Below are positions 24,476 to 37,401 of a stretch of 64,000 nt of DNA, piece after piece (within the stretch, counting starts at the first letter, position 1; every line of letters begins with the position of its first letter). The translations under genes were made by a program, and so were the position numbers. A model generated the notes under the pieces. That model searched no databases. It was not told the origin of the DNA and saw only the letters and a program-made list of their open reading frames with translations. The DNA comes from Octopus sinensis (lineage: Eukaryota), in contig NC_043005.1 of assembly GCF_006345805.1 (NCBI RefSeq), positions 103,602,001 to 103,666,000 on the forward strand, written 5' to 3'.

Positions 24476-24976
24476 GTTTTTCATTGTCATAAAAGAAAGT
24501 ACTCATTACAAGATGTAAAACAACAGCATATTCTACAAGTTTGCAATGCATGCTTAAGATACATAAATGGATGCAAATAACAGACTGGGTTTAAATATTT
24601 TTCTACGATAAGCACAAGGGCTCAGAATTGGTGGGAAAGTGCTGGTCAATCACATCAACCCCAGTACTTCACTGATACTTATTTTATCAACACCCAAAAA
24701 AATGAAAGCCAACTATAGTGGAGTTGGAACTCAGAATATTAAGACGGACAAAATGCCAATAAGCGTTATCCCTAATGTGCTAAGTATTCTGCCATCTTGC
24801 CATCTTGATCAGATTTAATTATGAAAGATTTAAGAAATCTTTCATATTTATGGTAAACAGATAGAAACTGAATCCATATATGCAACATGGCTTTGGTTGC
24901 ATACTCTGGTATAGATATCATGCCCTATTCTGGTATACTTGGCAAATTGCTTGATCTACCAAGCTCATGATGTTGA

Positions 24977-25372
24977 TGGCAGAATCATTAGCATGCCGGG
25001 CAAAATGCTTAGTGGTATTTCGTCTGCCCCTACGTTCTAAGTTCAAATTCCACCAAGGTCGACATTGCCTTTCATGGTTGATAAATTAAGTACCAGTTAC
25101 ACACTGGAGTCGATATAATCGACTTAATCCGTTTGTCTGTCCTTGTTTGTCCTCTCTGTGTTTAGCCCCTTGTGGGTAGTAAAGAAATAGGTATTTCGTC
25201 TGCCGTTACGTTCTGAGTTCAAATTCCACCGAGGTCGACTTTGCCTTTCATCCTTTCAGGGTCGATTAAATAAGTGCCAGTTACGCACTGGGGTCGATAT
25301 AATCGACTTAATCCGTGTGTCTGTCCTTGTTTGTCCTCTCTGTGTTTAGCCCCTTGTGGGTAGTAAAGAAGT
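24977..25372 (+). mobile_element. SINE-B tandem dimer (head plus two ~180 bp units)
   Basis: Junction aaagaaata|ggtatttcgtctg at 25184-25197; same junction at 45734 and 49021. Confidence 0.85.
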
Positions 25373-26003
25373 AGGTTTATAACAAAAAGAAAAAAAGTGT
25401 TTCCCACAGAGTCAAGATGAAAAAGTTTCTCCCCTCATATTTCAGATTCTGAATTACTGTTTAGCTGAATTCCCCATAGGTAGACGGGGAAACGAAAGCT
25501 TCAACTCTCTTACTCACTCTCTGTCTCTCTCTCTCTCACTCACACACACAATACATTTCACCATTACGTGGATTACAGTTGTCTCCTCTTGGCAAAAGCA
25601 TGCTCAGTACATTTTTCTGAAATAGTGAAATACTGCCTTGTGCATGTGTTACGTGTGTCACATCCTCTGTTATGTATGTGTGAAATAAAGCATCTTATTC
25701 AAGGACACAACACATCACCTGTACTCTGTGTGTCACATCCTCTGTTTGAAGGACTGAAGAAATATTACCTTATTTGGCAATAGATGAGTGTTAACAGCAT
25801 GAAAATAATCCAATCATAGAAAACCTACCTCCACAAATTGGTAAAAGTCAACATCAAAATAAGTGATGACGAGGCAGTAGAGAAACGAGGGATTTCTACT
25901 TGGTATTATTCCTCCAAACATAAAGAGAAGCTTTAAATTACACACAACATAGACACTGAGACACACACACACACATATATACCCGTTTACATACCCATAT
26001 ACT

Positions 26004-26288
26004 GGCACTCCATCAGTTATGATAACAAAGGTCCCTGTTGATCCGATCAGCAGAACCGCCTGCTTGTGAAATTAACGTGCACGTGGCTGAGAACCCCAAA
26101 GATATGTGCACCCTTAACATAGTTCTCAGGGAGATTCTGCATGAAACAGAGTGTGACAAGGCTGGCTCTTTTAATTACAGGTACTGCTCACCTTTGCCAG
26201 CTGAGTGGACTGGAGCAACGGGAAATAAAGTATCTTACTCAAGAACACAATGCATCGCCAGGAATTGAACTCACTAACCCATGAGCCT
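26004..26288 (-). mobile_element. SINE family C variant (CORE-like body, tail Z)
   Basis: Tail shared with 10938; body ctgagtggactggagcaac shared with 39385. Confidence 0.75.
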
Positions 26289-26308
26289 TCAAACATACGT
26301 AAATTTCT

Positions 26309-26355
26309 CAAAACTGTCTGACGAGTGTTTACATGAAACTCTGAATAACATTTTG
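26309..26355 (+). ncRNA. Degenerate minimal type I hammerhead ribozyme
   Basis: CAAAACUGU-CUGACGA-GUGU UU ACAU-GAAA-CUCUGAAU-A-ACAUUUUG; homologous to 56699-56753. Confidence 0.6.
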
Positions 26356-26395
26356 TGAAGTATTTTTCAGCTTAATGAAATTCCGTATATGCATA

Positions 26396-26444
<49 letters not shown>

Positions 26445-26619
26445 TATGTATACATCATATATAGATATATACATCATATATAGATATATATATATGAATA
26501 TGTATACATCATATATAGATAGTGTGTCTATAGCCAGCTGGAGGAGATATCTTCCTGGGGCTACAAACTACAGTAGCATCCACCCTTAGGGGTTAGCCAT
26601 ATTCAAATGGCAAATATGC

Positions 26620-26656
<37 letters not shown>

Positions 26657-26731
26657 GGGAGTATAACTCCAAACTTACAGTGAAAAATTCAATTTAGTAT
26701 TAAATCAAATTTAACAATATATATATATAAT

Positions 26732-26974
26732 ATATAAATTAGAGAAAAAAAACCACTATTATGCAATTCAAACAATGATAGACATAAACCAAATCATAAA
26801 TAAAAAATATATTTTTATAAAACATAAATAGATCAGAAAAAGTATAAAAATGAATAATCAATATATAATAAGTAATAAGTAAAAAAAAATTATATATTGA
26901 TTATTCATTTTTATACTTTTTGTGATCTAGTTATGTTTTATAAAAATATATTTTATTTTTTCTCTAATTTATAT
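26732..26974. repeat. AT-rich inverted repeat (66-bp inner arms, 19-bp outer arms)
   Basis: 26804-26869 vs 26889-26954 with 2 mismatches; 26732-26750 vs 26956-26974. Confidence 0.85.
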
Positions 26975-26979
26975 TATAA

Positions 26980-27266
26980 CTAGCAGTATCGCCCGGCGCT
27001 GCTCGGGTTTGTAAGTATTTTTAGAGAGTTACTTCCCTTATATAATAGCCCAAAAAATGCATTAAAAATGGGAAAAAATTATGGTAAATTTTTTTTTAAA
27101 TCGTAGACTCATCGTAGACGCGCGCTAATACCCAGAAGGGCTCGATATGAATTACGACTATAAGATACCCGCTTTTGGTTAAACTGCACCGCAAAATGTG
27201 GGAGTAGTTAGGAATCTAAATCGTAGGAGACAGACAATCACACAACTTCACTTTTATATATATAGA
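26980..27266 (-). mobile_element. Non-autonomous Helitron, family A
   Basis: CTAG at 26980-26983 with the adjacent hairpin; 5' TC at 27265-27266; A|T target. Confidence 0.9.
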
Positions 27267-27480
27267 TATAATATTATATTATATATATATATATATATAC
27301 TGAACGCATGCACTCATTACACATATATTTCATAGTACCCTTATACTCTATATACCTACATCAAAGTGAAGTTAAATGCTTTATATACAGTCCTGGGGCA
27401 CATTCATTGTTTTTCTAGTTAAGAACTGCACTTCATGATGACATGATTCTGAGTTCAAATCTGCAGCAGAGAGACTTTAA

Positions 27481-27695
27481 CCCTCTAACATTCCAATTAT
27501 TTTCTCAAATATAATTCTTATTTATTCACACCGCTTTGAATTAATCATGCATTATCTCGTAGGTTCAAGATTTCGATGACGTGATATTTTATATTTAGGA
27601 GAACATTAAAGGGCTGGTATAAGGAGGTTGGCTCTAGCTGGTTTGACTATGGAACAGGTAGAGCATTGGGGCCAGCCAGTTTAAATGCTAAAGGG
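27481..27695. mobile_element. piggyBac-like MITE
   Basis: TTAA|CCCTCTAACATT...AATGCTAAAGGG|TTAA. Confidence 0.8.
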
Positions 27696-28937
27696 TTAAG
27701 GAAGTGCCTTCTACCACAAATTAGGTTCACTAAGATTGAGACTGAAATTAGCAAATATGCTCCCACGTCGCACACAGATGCACACACTTATGTAAAATGA
27801 CAAGCACTTTTATTTTCCTATTATCTGTTCCAGCATGAGAGCTCCATTCCATATTTTCTAACATAGCCAGTGCTCCATTGTTAGAAAATATGGAATGTTT
27901 CACAAATTTGCATGTCCCCCTTGCAAAGAAGTGATGCTAATCTTCTCTGTATCGCTCCAACTTTAGTGAATATATGTAGAGCCAAAACAAGTACCCAAAA
28001 CATGCAGAAGCTTGCACAGATGCACACACATATGCATAATGCGGACATGTATATGAAACTGAGAGACAGAGAGAAAGACAGGGAAGTCAGAGAGAAAGTA
28101 AGGGAGGGATCAGAGACAAGTGAGAGGGAGAGATGGAAAAAGAAGTGGAATGAGAGAGAGAGAGAGAGAGAGAGAGGAGGAGGCGGGGAGAGATTATAGA
28201 AATATTCTCCATGGCAACAGGAAATGGTTTGCTTTTCTTCACAGTTTACAATCTGAAAGGTTTCAGAATTTTAATTGTTTCTCTTTTGACTGTTTTGTGT
28301 ATTTTGTTCCGCCAATTCTTCAATCACAGCTTCCTGATGAAACCAAAAACTACAAAGAAATTCTATGGAACAACTGATGGCAGGCAAACGAAGTCTTTCT
28401 TTTCTGTTTGTTTTTTTTCTTTGCATCTTAAAGAACCGTGACATTCTCTTTAGTCATTGTAGTTATTGTTGTTGTTGTTGAGGTGGTTCTTGGATGTTTT
28501 CATAATATTTCTAATCATGTAGCTGACAACAAAGAAACATACAACAAGAACCACCATTTAACCAAGAACCGGGTTCCTTGACTGCGTTCACTTAAAATCA
28601 TAAACACACTTTCTCAAGAGAGTAGGCTTTGTTTTTTGGGGGTTTTTTTTTCTAAATTTATTTCATTTTTGCTTTTATTCCACATCTAGGAACTGGCAGG
28701 TTCTACTATCTGTACTGCTTTTGTATTTTTCCTCATTTACCATTTTATTTCATTGTTTTGTCGTTTTTTTGATAGATTTTTGTTAAATATGCTGTTCAAT
28801 GTTATGATGTATTTCATGCTTACCACCCGCCTTCTGAGAAATAAGGAGACTCAAATAGGAGTTTCATTTGGTAAAATTTTAATTCTTTGATAAACTCTGA
28901 AATTTCTCAATATACAAGTGAAAGGAAAGTAACTCAG

Positions 28938-29152
28938 TACTCTTTTACTTGTTTCAGTCATTTGACTGTGGCCATGCTGGAGCACCGCCTTTAGTCGAGC
29001 AAATCGACCCCGGGACTTATTCTTTGTAAGCCCAGTACTTATTCTATCCGTCTCTTTTGCCGAACCGCTAAATGACGGGGACATAAACACACCAGCATCG
29101 GTTGTCAAGCAATGCTAGGGGGACAAACACAGACACACAAACACACAAACAC

Positions 29153-29187
<35 letters not shown>

Positions 29188-29348
29188 TGACAGGCTTCTT
29201 TCAGTTTCCGTCTACCAAATCCACTCACAAGGCATTGGTCGGCCCGGGGCTATAGCAGAAGACACTTGCCCAAGATGCCACGCAGTGGGACTGAACCCGG
29301 AACCATGTGGTTGGTTAGCAAGCTACTTACCACACAGCCACTCCTGCG
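28938..29348 (-). mobile_element. SINE family A, full length
   Basis: Matches the other copies in the window. Confidence 0.9.
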
Positions 29349-29635
29349 AAATAAATTAGGGCCCCCTTACATTATATTCAACACACATGTATATATATGT
29401 ATGTGTGTGTGTGTTTGTGTGTCTGTGTTTGTCCCCTCCTCCAGCATCTCTTGACAACCGATGCTGGTGTGTTTACGTCTCCGTTACTTTCATCATACAA
29501 GTCAGTTCATATTTGGAGCTACTCCCATCATATAAGGTCAGTAATTGCATATTGCTTGCACATTCCATTCTACGCTGAGTGTCTATGGTTGGAGAGCCTT
29601 CTTAACACTAAACAGCTTCCAAAATGTACCAAGTA

Positions 29636-30042
29636 CATCATCATCATCATCGTTTAACGTCCGCTTTCCATGCTAGCAGCGGTTGAACGATTTTGACTGA
29701 GGGCTGACGAACCATATGGCTGTACCAGGCTCCAATCTTGATCTGGCAGAGTTTCTACAGCTGGATGCTCTTCCTAACGCCAACCACTCCGAGAGTGTAG
29801 TGGGTGCTTTTTACATGCCACCGGCACGGGGGCCAGTCAGGCGGTACTGGCAATGACCTCGCTTGAATCATTTTACACATGCCACCAGCACAGGTGCCCG
29901 TAAGGTGATGCTGGTAATGATCATGCTCGAATGGTGCCTTTTACCTGCCCACTGGCACAGAAGCCAGTTAGTCGCTCTGGCAACGATCACGCTCAGATGG
30001 TGCTCTTAGCACCCTACTAGCATGGGGCACAAGTGCCAGTAA
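29636..30042 (-). mobile_element. RTE LINE 3' UTR copy with four repeat units
   Basis: Same family as 11486-11890. Confidence 0.85.
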
Positions 30043-30315
30043 TTTCTTTATTTATTTCTGGAAACAGTAATCATGTTTCCAGAAACTCTGAAGTGTTCTC
30101 TCTTCCCTAAACTGTGTCAGTCCATATCAACGGGAACCAACAAGGTGAATAGAAGAAAGAGTCATGAAGGTGATAACAGTTGGAATGCTTTTAATTATAA
30201 TCTTTCTCGTGAGGAATCTAACCTGAGGTCAAACAAAAACATCAACAACAACAACAACTACTTCAAGTAATGCTGCAGTGTGGAAGAGGGAGTTGAAATA
30301 AAAGAAAAAAAGTAA

Positions 30316-30734
30316 TACCCTTTTATTCTTTTACTTGTTTCAGTCATTTGACTGTGGCTATGCTGGAGCACCACATTTAGTCGAGCAAATCGAACCCAGA
30401 ACTTATTCTTTGTAAGCCGAGTACTTATTCCATCGGTCTCTTTTGCTGAACCGCTAAGTAACGGAGACGTAAACACACCAGCATCGGTTGTCAAGAGATG
30501 CTGGAGGAGGGGACAAACACAGACACACAAACACACACACACACACACACATACATATATATACATATATACGACGAGCTTCTTTCAGTTTCCGTCTACC
30601 AAATCCACTCACAAGGCTTTGGTCGGCCCAAAGCTATAGCAGAAGACACTTGCCCAAGGTGCCACGCAGTGGGACTAAACCCGGAACCATGCGGTTGGTA
30701 AGCGAGCTGCTTACCACACAGCCACTCCTGTGCC
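30316..30734 (-). mobile_element. SINE family A, full length
   Basis: Matches the other copies in the window. Confidence 0.9.
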
Positions 30735-31159
30735 GATGAAAAGAATCCAGAAACAACAACAACAGCAGCATTAGGAGCAGCAACAACAATGGCAAAAACA
30801 ATAACAACAACAGTAGTACTGGCAGCAGGTGTATTGCAGTAATTTATGCTAATCTTCTCTTAAGTGAAAAATCTAATTTAGATTAAGCCCCTCTCTCCCT
30901 TCCCCTCTCACTCTCTCTCTCTCTCCCCACTCCCTTTCTTTCTCTCTCTCTGTTCTCCTCCTCCTCCCTCACCAGCTTTTTCTGGTCCTCAGAAGTTTCA
31001 GGCAGCAGTGAAAGACCCAAACCATGGAGAACAAGACATTGCCCCCCCCCCCCCCCCCCCGGTTTTAAAGCTAATTCAGCTGATGGCTACAGTCGGCTCT
31101 GCACCTCCCCAGCAGCCTTATCGGATGGCAGAAGGGGTGGAATAACTGCCACTGGGTGA

Positions 31160-31572
31160 TAGTGATGATGATGATGATGATAGGAATAGAGTGGTGGTGA
31201 TGGTAGTAGTGGTGATTATGGAGGAAGTAAGAGTGGTGATAATGGTTGTAGTAGTTGTGGAAGTGGTGATGGTGATAGTAGTAGTAGCAGCAGCAGTAGT
31301 AGTAACAGTAGTAGTAGTAGTAGCAGTAGCAGTAGTAGTAAAAGTAGTAGTAATTGGCTTTGGCAGTACTGTGGTGGTGGTGGTGGTGATGGTGATAGTG
31401 GTTGTAGTAGTTGTGGAAGTGGTGATAGTGGTAGTAGTAACAGTAGTAGCAAGTGGCTTTGGCAGTGACTATGGTGGTGGTGGTGGTGATAGTGGTTGTA
31501 GTAGTGGTGGTAGTAGTAGTAATAGTGGTGGTGGTAATTGGCTTTGGCAGTGACTGTGGTGGTGGTGGTCGT
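31160..31572. repeat. (GTG/GTA/GAT)n trinucleotide low-complexity tract with internal duplication
   Basis: Direct inspection; ggctttggcagt occurs three times. Confidence 0.9.
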
Positions 31573-31984
31573 GAGGGCAGAATTGTTGTTTAGCCCCAGG
31601 TCAACCTTACAGGCAATTCAATTTTTGAATACCACAACAGAAGACTTAAGGAGTGGGGTGATGGCCAGTTTTGTTCCCCATCGAATGTGGTAGCGGTGGT
31701 GAGTGGGGGACCGAGCAAAAGGTTACGAAACATTGATCTAGAGTGTGATATGAAGGAGATTCAGCTGCTATTTCTAAAAGGCTTGAATGACTGTGTAGAT
31801 AGGGTGTAGCAGTGTATGCGACAGTAGTGGCCGCAGGCTTGGTGCAACCAGTAGATTTAGTGTACAGCTGGACCGTGTTGGAGATGGTGCAAACAATGCC
31901 GGTGGCCTGGTTGTAGGGGTTTGCAGTGGAGATTGTCGATCAATAGCAAAAGAGAGATAAAGAGAGGTAGTGTTGGTCTTAGTC

Positions 31985-32023
<39 letters not shown>

Positions 32024-32078
32024 GAGCTAAACACAAAATGCAATGAACAAACTAATGTAAATATAAATATAAGAATAA

Positions 32079-32493
32079 ATATTGTTGTATTTCGGAAGGG
32101 TCATTTTGCCAGTTTAGCCAATAAAAACACACGCACTATATATTTGGTGTTAATTTGCTTCAGCTTTATTTGTTTTTTACATTAATCTTAATCTTATTTC
32201 GGCCAGAGTTCTTTCATCACACTCCTGTGACCTCATCAGTGGTCCTTTGCTTTCTTTTTTCTTATTTGTGTGTCTCTCCTTACTAACGCTCAGCCATTTT
32301 GTATTTTGTATTCCTATTGTAGAAACTCTGCCAGATCAGATTGGAGTCTGGTTCGCCAGACCTCAGTCAAATCGTCCAACCCATGCTAGCATGGAAAGCG
32401 GACATTAAATGATGATGATGATGATTGTATATATAGTGCGTGTGTTTTTATTTGCTAAACTGGCAACGTGACCATCCCTAAATACAACAATAT
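32079..32493. repeat. ~65-bp inverted repeats flanking a repeat fragment and an RTE tail
   Basis: 32079-32143 vs 32429-32493, about 88% identical by eye. Confidence 0.75.
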
Positions 32494-32979
32494 CTGTTTC
32501 AACACAAGATTTCCCATCAAGAATCTTGCAAAACAAATATACAAACATAAGAACAAATAAATATCTGTTTATTGCCACAAGGGCAACATACCAGAAGACA
32601 TTACAGGAACTGTTTACAGAAACAAATGGGTGTTTTACACAAGATAATGTAAATAAGGATTTAAAAAAGCAACAACAACAACACAAAATTGTTGCAGCAG
32701 ATAAGCTACCAAGGACACAATCTTTGCATGACCACCCTCCCTGTACATAACTCCATGTCCCCCTACATGGCCTTGCTTTTTGCTTTTTGAGCCAAAAAAT
32801 TAACTTAACTTAACACATATCCTTGAAAACCCCGATTACCAAGGGCAACTATCTTTTCCAGTTGTGGTACCTGGTCGGTTGTCACACGCTATAAACACAT
32901 CCATTCAACCAGGACATACTCATCATTGTCATACACCTTAACACAAATTTACAGGAAAGCAGCACCTTTTTCTCCTGCC

Positions 32980-33201
32980 TTAATAATCTTTTCTACAACA
33001 AGCACAGGACCTGAAATTTGGAAGCGGGACAAAACGGGTAAGTCGATTAAATTGACCCCAGTACATAATTAGTAATAATCTCATTGGCCCCAAAAGGATG
33101 AAAGACGAAGTCGACCGGGGCAGTATTTGAACCCAGAATGTATAAATGGACGAAATGCCGCTAAGCATTTTGTCCGGCATGCTTACGATTCAACCAGCTC
33201 G
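32980..33201 (-). mobile_element. SINE-B' (older subfamily)
   Basis: Diverged head/B-box and a different tail; related fragments at 24605-24800, 33215-33560 and 48265-48430. Confidence 0.7.
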
Positions 33202-33686
33202 CTTCTTTCTCTTGCCTTAATGATAAGTGGTTCCAACATAGATATGGTGCCAGGCAATTAGGGGAGGAGATAGTTGGTTAAATGGACCTTAATGGTACTG
33301 TATTTTATTGACACTGGAAGGCAAAGTTAACCTTAGCAGGATTCGAACCAAGAACATAAAGAACTATAACTACAGACCGTTAGGCATTTTGTCTGATACA
33401 CAAACAATTCTGCCAATCTACTAATCTAAAATAAGGATTTCTAATTTCACTTCAAAGGCAGGTATTTTGAGAGGAGGGAGAGGTATGGATGCCTTACTTC
33501 ACCTCTGTATCTCACTAGTACGCATTTTATCAACCACAAATAAGTGAAAGGCAAATTGCAATATATCAAAGTCAACAGATCTTGGAGGAAGTACAAACAG
33601 CTAACTGAACCCAGTATATCACTGGTACAGTTGCAACATGGTCACAGATTATCAGAAAGAAAGTTAGTACCTTTCATCTTTTAAAG

Positions 33687-34011
33687 CAGGGGTTTTGAAA
33701 CATTTTTTTTTATCTACTGTTTTATTCTGGTGGACTCCATAACCATTCGATGTTTAGAAACTAGTTTTATAGATACTTCTTTCAAAATTCCTTTCACACA
33801 TTAACTTGTGTAAGTTGAACTATGGAAAATATTAGAGAGAGAAACCTAGCTGTTTCTTGCAAGACATACCAAAACACATATGAAACAAAAATTTTTTCAG
33901 GGGCCCACAAAATACTGTTGTGGATCCCCAATTTACTATTTTCCAGGTGGACCCCCACAAAAACTTATTTGGACTCTCAGGGGCCACATGGACCCCAGTT
34001 GAGAACCACTG
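33687..34011. mobile_element. hAT (Charlie-like) MITE
   Basis: TIRs CAGGGGTTTTGAAAC / GTTGAGAACCACTG; imperfect 8-bp TSD ttttaaag / cttaaaag. Confidence 0.75.
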
Positions 34012-34469
34012 CTTAAAAGGGACTTCAAGATTATTAAGAGAGAGTGAGGAAGTTATCTTCAAACATAAGACCTATCTTCAGTTTGTGCAATATAGTAAAC
34101 TCAGTGAAAGGACCTGTGTCAATGTTAAATCAGGTGATGGATTGACTTTATCAGCCAGGTAGGCTGTGGCAGAATGTGAACTCAATACAGAAAGAGTTGA
34201 ACAAAAACCACAAAGCTATCTATTTGATGCAGTGATATTTCCATCACGCTGCTCTGTACTACTAATCTATTTGTCAACCCAGGAAGGATGAAAAGGAAAG
34301 CCGTTGATCTAAATTGAGTTTGAACCGAGAATGCAGGAAACTGAAATATATACAAGACATTTTATCTGATGCTCTAAGGACTCCGCCAATTTGCCACATT
34401 TTGGAGGAAATGGTGATAATTAATTTGACCTCAGTATCAAAATAAATATCAAATGGAAATTGTAGTTGT

Positions 34470-34727
34470 GATACCTGTGCCGGTGGCACGTAAAAAGCAC
34501 CATCCAAATGTGGCCAAAGCCAGCATCCCCTGGCACCTGTGCCGATGGCACATAAAAAGCACCCACTACACTCACGGAGTGGTTGGCATTAGGAAGGGCA
34601 TCCAGCTGTATAAACACTGCCAGCTCAGACTGGAGCCTGGTGCAGCCTCCTGGCTTCCCAGATCCCGGTCGAACCGTCCAACCCATGCTAGCACAGAAAA
34701 CGGACGTTAAACGATGATGACGATGAT
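34470..34727 (+). mobile_element. RTE LINE 3' UTR copy
   Basis: gtgccggtggcacgtaaaaagcacc units, then the aggaagggcatccagctg...gatgatga tail. Confidence 0.85.
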
Positions 34728-34829
34728 ATGTCAGTGGTATTTTATTATATCAACCTGGAACTAAATAAAACAAAGTCATCTTTATTTAAACTGTGAATAT
34801 AGGTGGATGCAACTGAATGCCACAAAACG

Positions 34830-35420
34830 TTTTGCCTGACACTCCTCCCACACTGCAATTTCATGGCTGTGATGCTCCACCCACTCTACCATTTCAAGGC
34901 TGTAATACATCACCCATACTGCCATCAACAGGGTCTATGGTCCACTGGCCCTTATCTCCATACTATGATTCTTCACTACCTATGTCATTTCACTGCCCAG
35001 GTATTCCACCCAGTCATCTCACTCCCAAGTGGTGCCTCCCATCCTGTCATCTTACTCACAAGATGCCTCACCCACTCTACCATCTCGGGGCCCAGATGTT
35101 ACACCCATTTGTCATCTCACTCTCAAGATGCCCTGCCCACTTATCTCATAACGAAGATGCCCCACCCACAATTATCTCACTGCCCACATGGTACATCCAT
35201 ACATCATCTTACTCTCAAGATGTTCCACCTGCTGCCCACATGCTATACCCACTTTGTCCTCTCACAGGATGCTTACCACTCTTTATCCTCTCACTCCCAA
35301 AATGCTCCACCCGCTCTGCCATCTCACTGCCTGGATGATCCATCCATTTGTCCTCCTATTGCCAAGACGCTCCTCCAATTCACATCTCACTCACAAGATG
35401 CTCCACCCATCGGTCATTGC
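34830..35420. repeat. Degenerate ~30-33 bp minisatellite (consensus about gtcatctcactcccaagatgctccaccca)
   Basis: More than 15 diverged units by eye. Confidence 0.75.
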
Positions 35421-35818
35421 ACGGCTCATATGCCTCGCTGTTTCCAGTTTTGGTGTGTTAATTTCACTGTGTCCATTATACAGAGGGCAGCAAAAAAATT
35501 TTAAAATAAAAAAAATATCCCATATTTTACACAGCCCCTGGTTTGACTCTAATGAAGTTGGGCAGATGAAAACAATGTTTCCAAGTAGCCAATGTTTTAT
35601 CTTTTGCTTTGCATTTTTTTGGGGGGGATACCATCAGGGTTTGGACCATTGCTTAGTGTATGTTTGTTGTTGAAATGGTTATCAAAGATAGTGAATCTGA
35701 GGACTTTTGGCTCTACCCTGCATCAAATTCAACCAGTGGCAATTTTGTCATTCATCATTTTAAACTCAATAAAGTGATGTACATGTCTTGTAATTTAATA
35801 CAACACACCTTCCCTTAA

Positions 35819-36039
35819 CCCTTTTGTTACTGTATTTATTTTGAGATGCTCTGTGTTTCTTTCAATTACTTTAAATATAACAAAGGATTTAGTAAAATAA
35901 CTTAGTTATCATTAACCTAGTGTTAGGAACATAAATTGTGACTAAGGTTTGGTGGAAGATTTTCATTCAAAACTTAAGGAAACAAGACATTTGTACTACA
36001 GAGCCAGAGGTGGTTTCAGCCAGGTTGGTAACGAAAGGG
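35819..36039. mobile_element. piggyBac-like MITE
   Basis: TTAA|CCCTTTTGTTAC...GTAACGAAAGGG|TTAA. Confidence 0.85.
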
Positions 36040-36272
36040 TTAAAGTATGTGTGATGATGTGTCAACAACTGGTGGTAGATTTGGTATAGTATAAATGGTA
36101 GATCGCAGGAACATATATCTGGTATTTAGTCACCTCTCTCTCTCTCTCTCTCAATCTCTCTCTCTCTATGTTATGAGTTGAAATGTGGTTGAGGGCCACA
36201 TATATGGATACATACACATGCATACAGATGCAAAATCACAAAGTTGAGGAAAGAAAAGTTTGAAATCTTTAC

Positions 36273-36372
36273 CTGCTATCGGCTACGGGTTGGAACTCCA
36301 CTCTGTCGATTGAAGATGAAGTAGAATCTGCTGGTTGTGCAGCAACTGTGCTTCGCTTAGATACATTCCCAG
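36273..36372 (-). CDS. Candidate internal coding exon, unknown protein (GNVSKRSTVAAQPADSTSSSIDRVEFQPVADS)
   Basis: Acceptor ctaat...tttatgtcttcgttaaacag, donor CAG|gtaaag. 100 bp with one open frame, phase 1 to phase 2; unique sequence. Confidence 0.55.
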
Positions 36373-36685
36373 CTGTTTAACGAAGACATAAATCAAACAA
36401 TCAATAATGATTAGAAACCAATTAATCAGTGAATACGCTAAAAAGTGTCTACATTTATAACAGGACTTTACTGCAGTCCACTAGCATTCCTGAATAGGAG
36501 TACATTGTCCAGTATGTCCTCCTATTCTCGCGATGTGTCTAAGAGAGAGATCTGGCTATTTCTAGCAAACTGAGAGACCACATGCGGGTTTACAGTAGTT
36601 TGCGTTGGTGGATATAGTTGTCATTGATATGTAGCCTCAACACATAGAGAGAGAGAGAGAGAAAGATGTGTGAGCAAAATTTTCA

Positions 36686-36716
<31 letters not shown>

Positions 36717-36886
36717 ACACAGGGATTTGTGTGTGCGTGCATTTGTGTGTGAAGTGTATACTGAGGAAAAAATATGTGGGGAAAAAAGTGTGTATGAGTG
36801 GTTTTTCTTTGTGCATGTGTGTATTTACAACTACATATTAACAAGTACCTATGAGTGTGTGTATATGTGTATGTATTTCTATACAC

Positions 36887-36918
<32 letters not shown>

Positions 36919-37367
36919 GTCAATTTGTACTGATCCATACATGTCAATACATCTGTGTACCTACACATATCAACATGGGTGTGTACCTCGTTGTAAATAT
37001 ACATGTACGACAAAATGTGTATACATCAATGTGTGTGCATGTATGTAAATCTATATCAATGTTTAAGTGTGTGAATGTGTCTGTTTTGTTGTGATTATTA
37101 TAATTGTTGTTTGTGTCTGCATCGTTGTTGTTGTTGTTATTATTATTATTATTTTTCATCACTTCACCACCATTCCTACAGCATCACTACAACTGAACCA
37201 CCACCACCACAACCACCACCACCACCACCAACCACCACCACCACCACCACCACACCATCGATCCTATAACACCACTGCAACCTCCTACCCCCACTCTATC
37301 AATCTTGTTGACATGCCGCTAAAGAAATAAAGACCATCCCCATCAATGACCATCACCACTAAATACT

Positions 37368-37401
<34 letters not shown>

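Noticed and set aside
31042-31060. C19 tract as a G-quadruplex regulatory element
   Set aside because: An isolated homopolymer with no supporting context.
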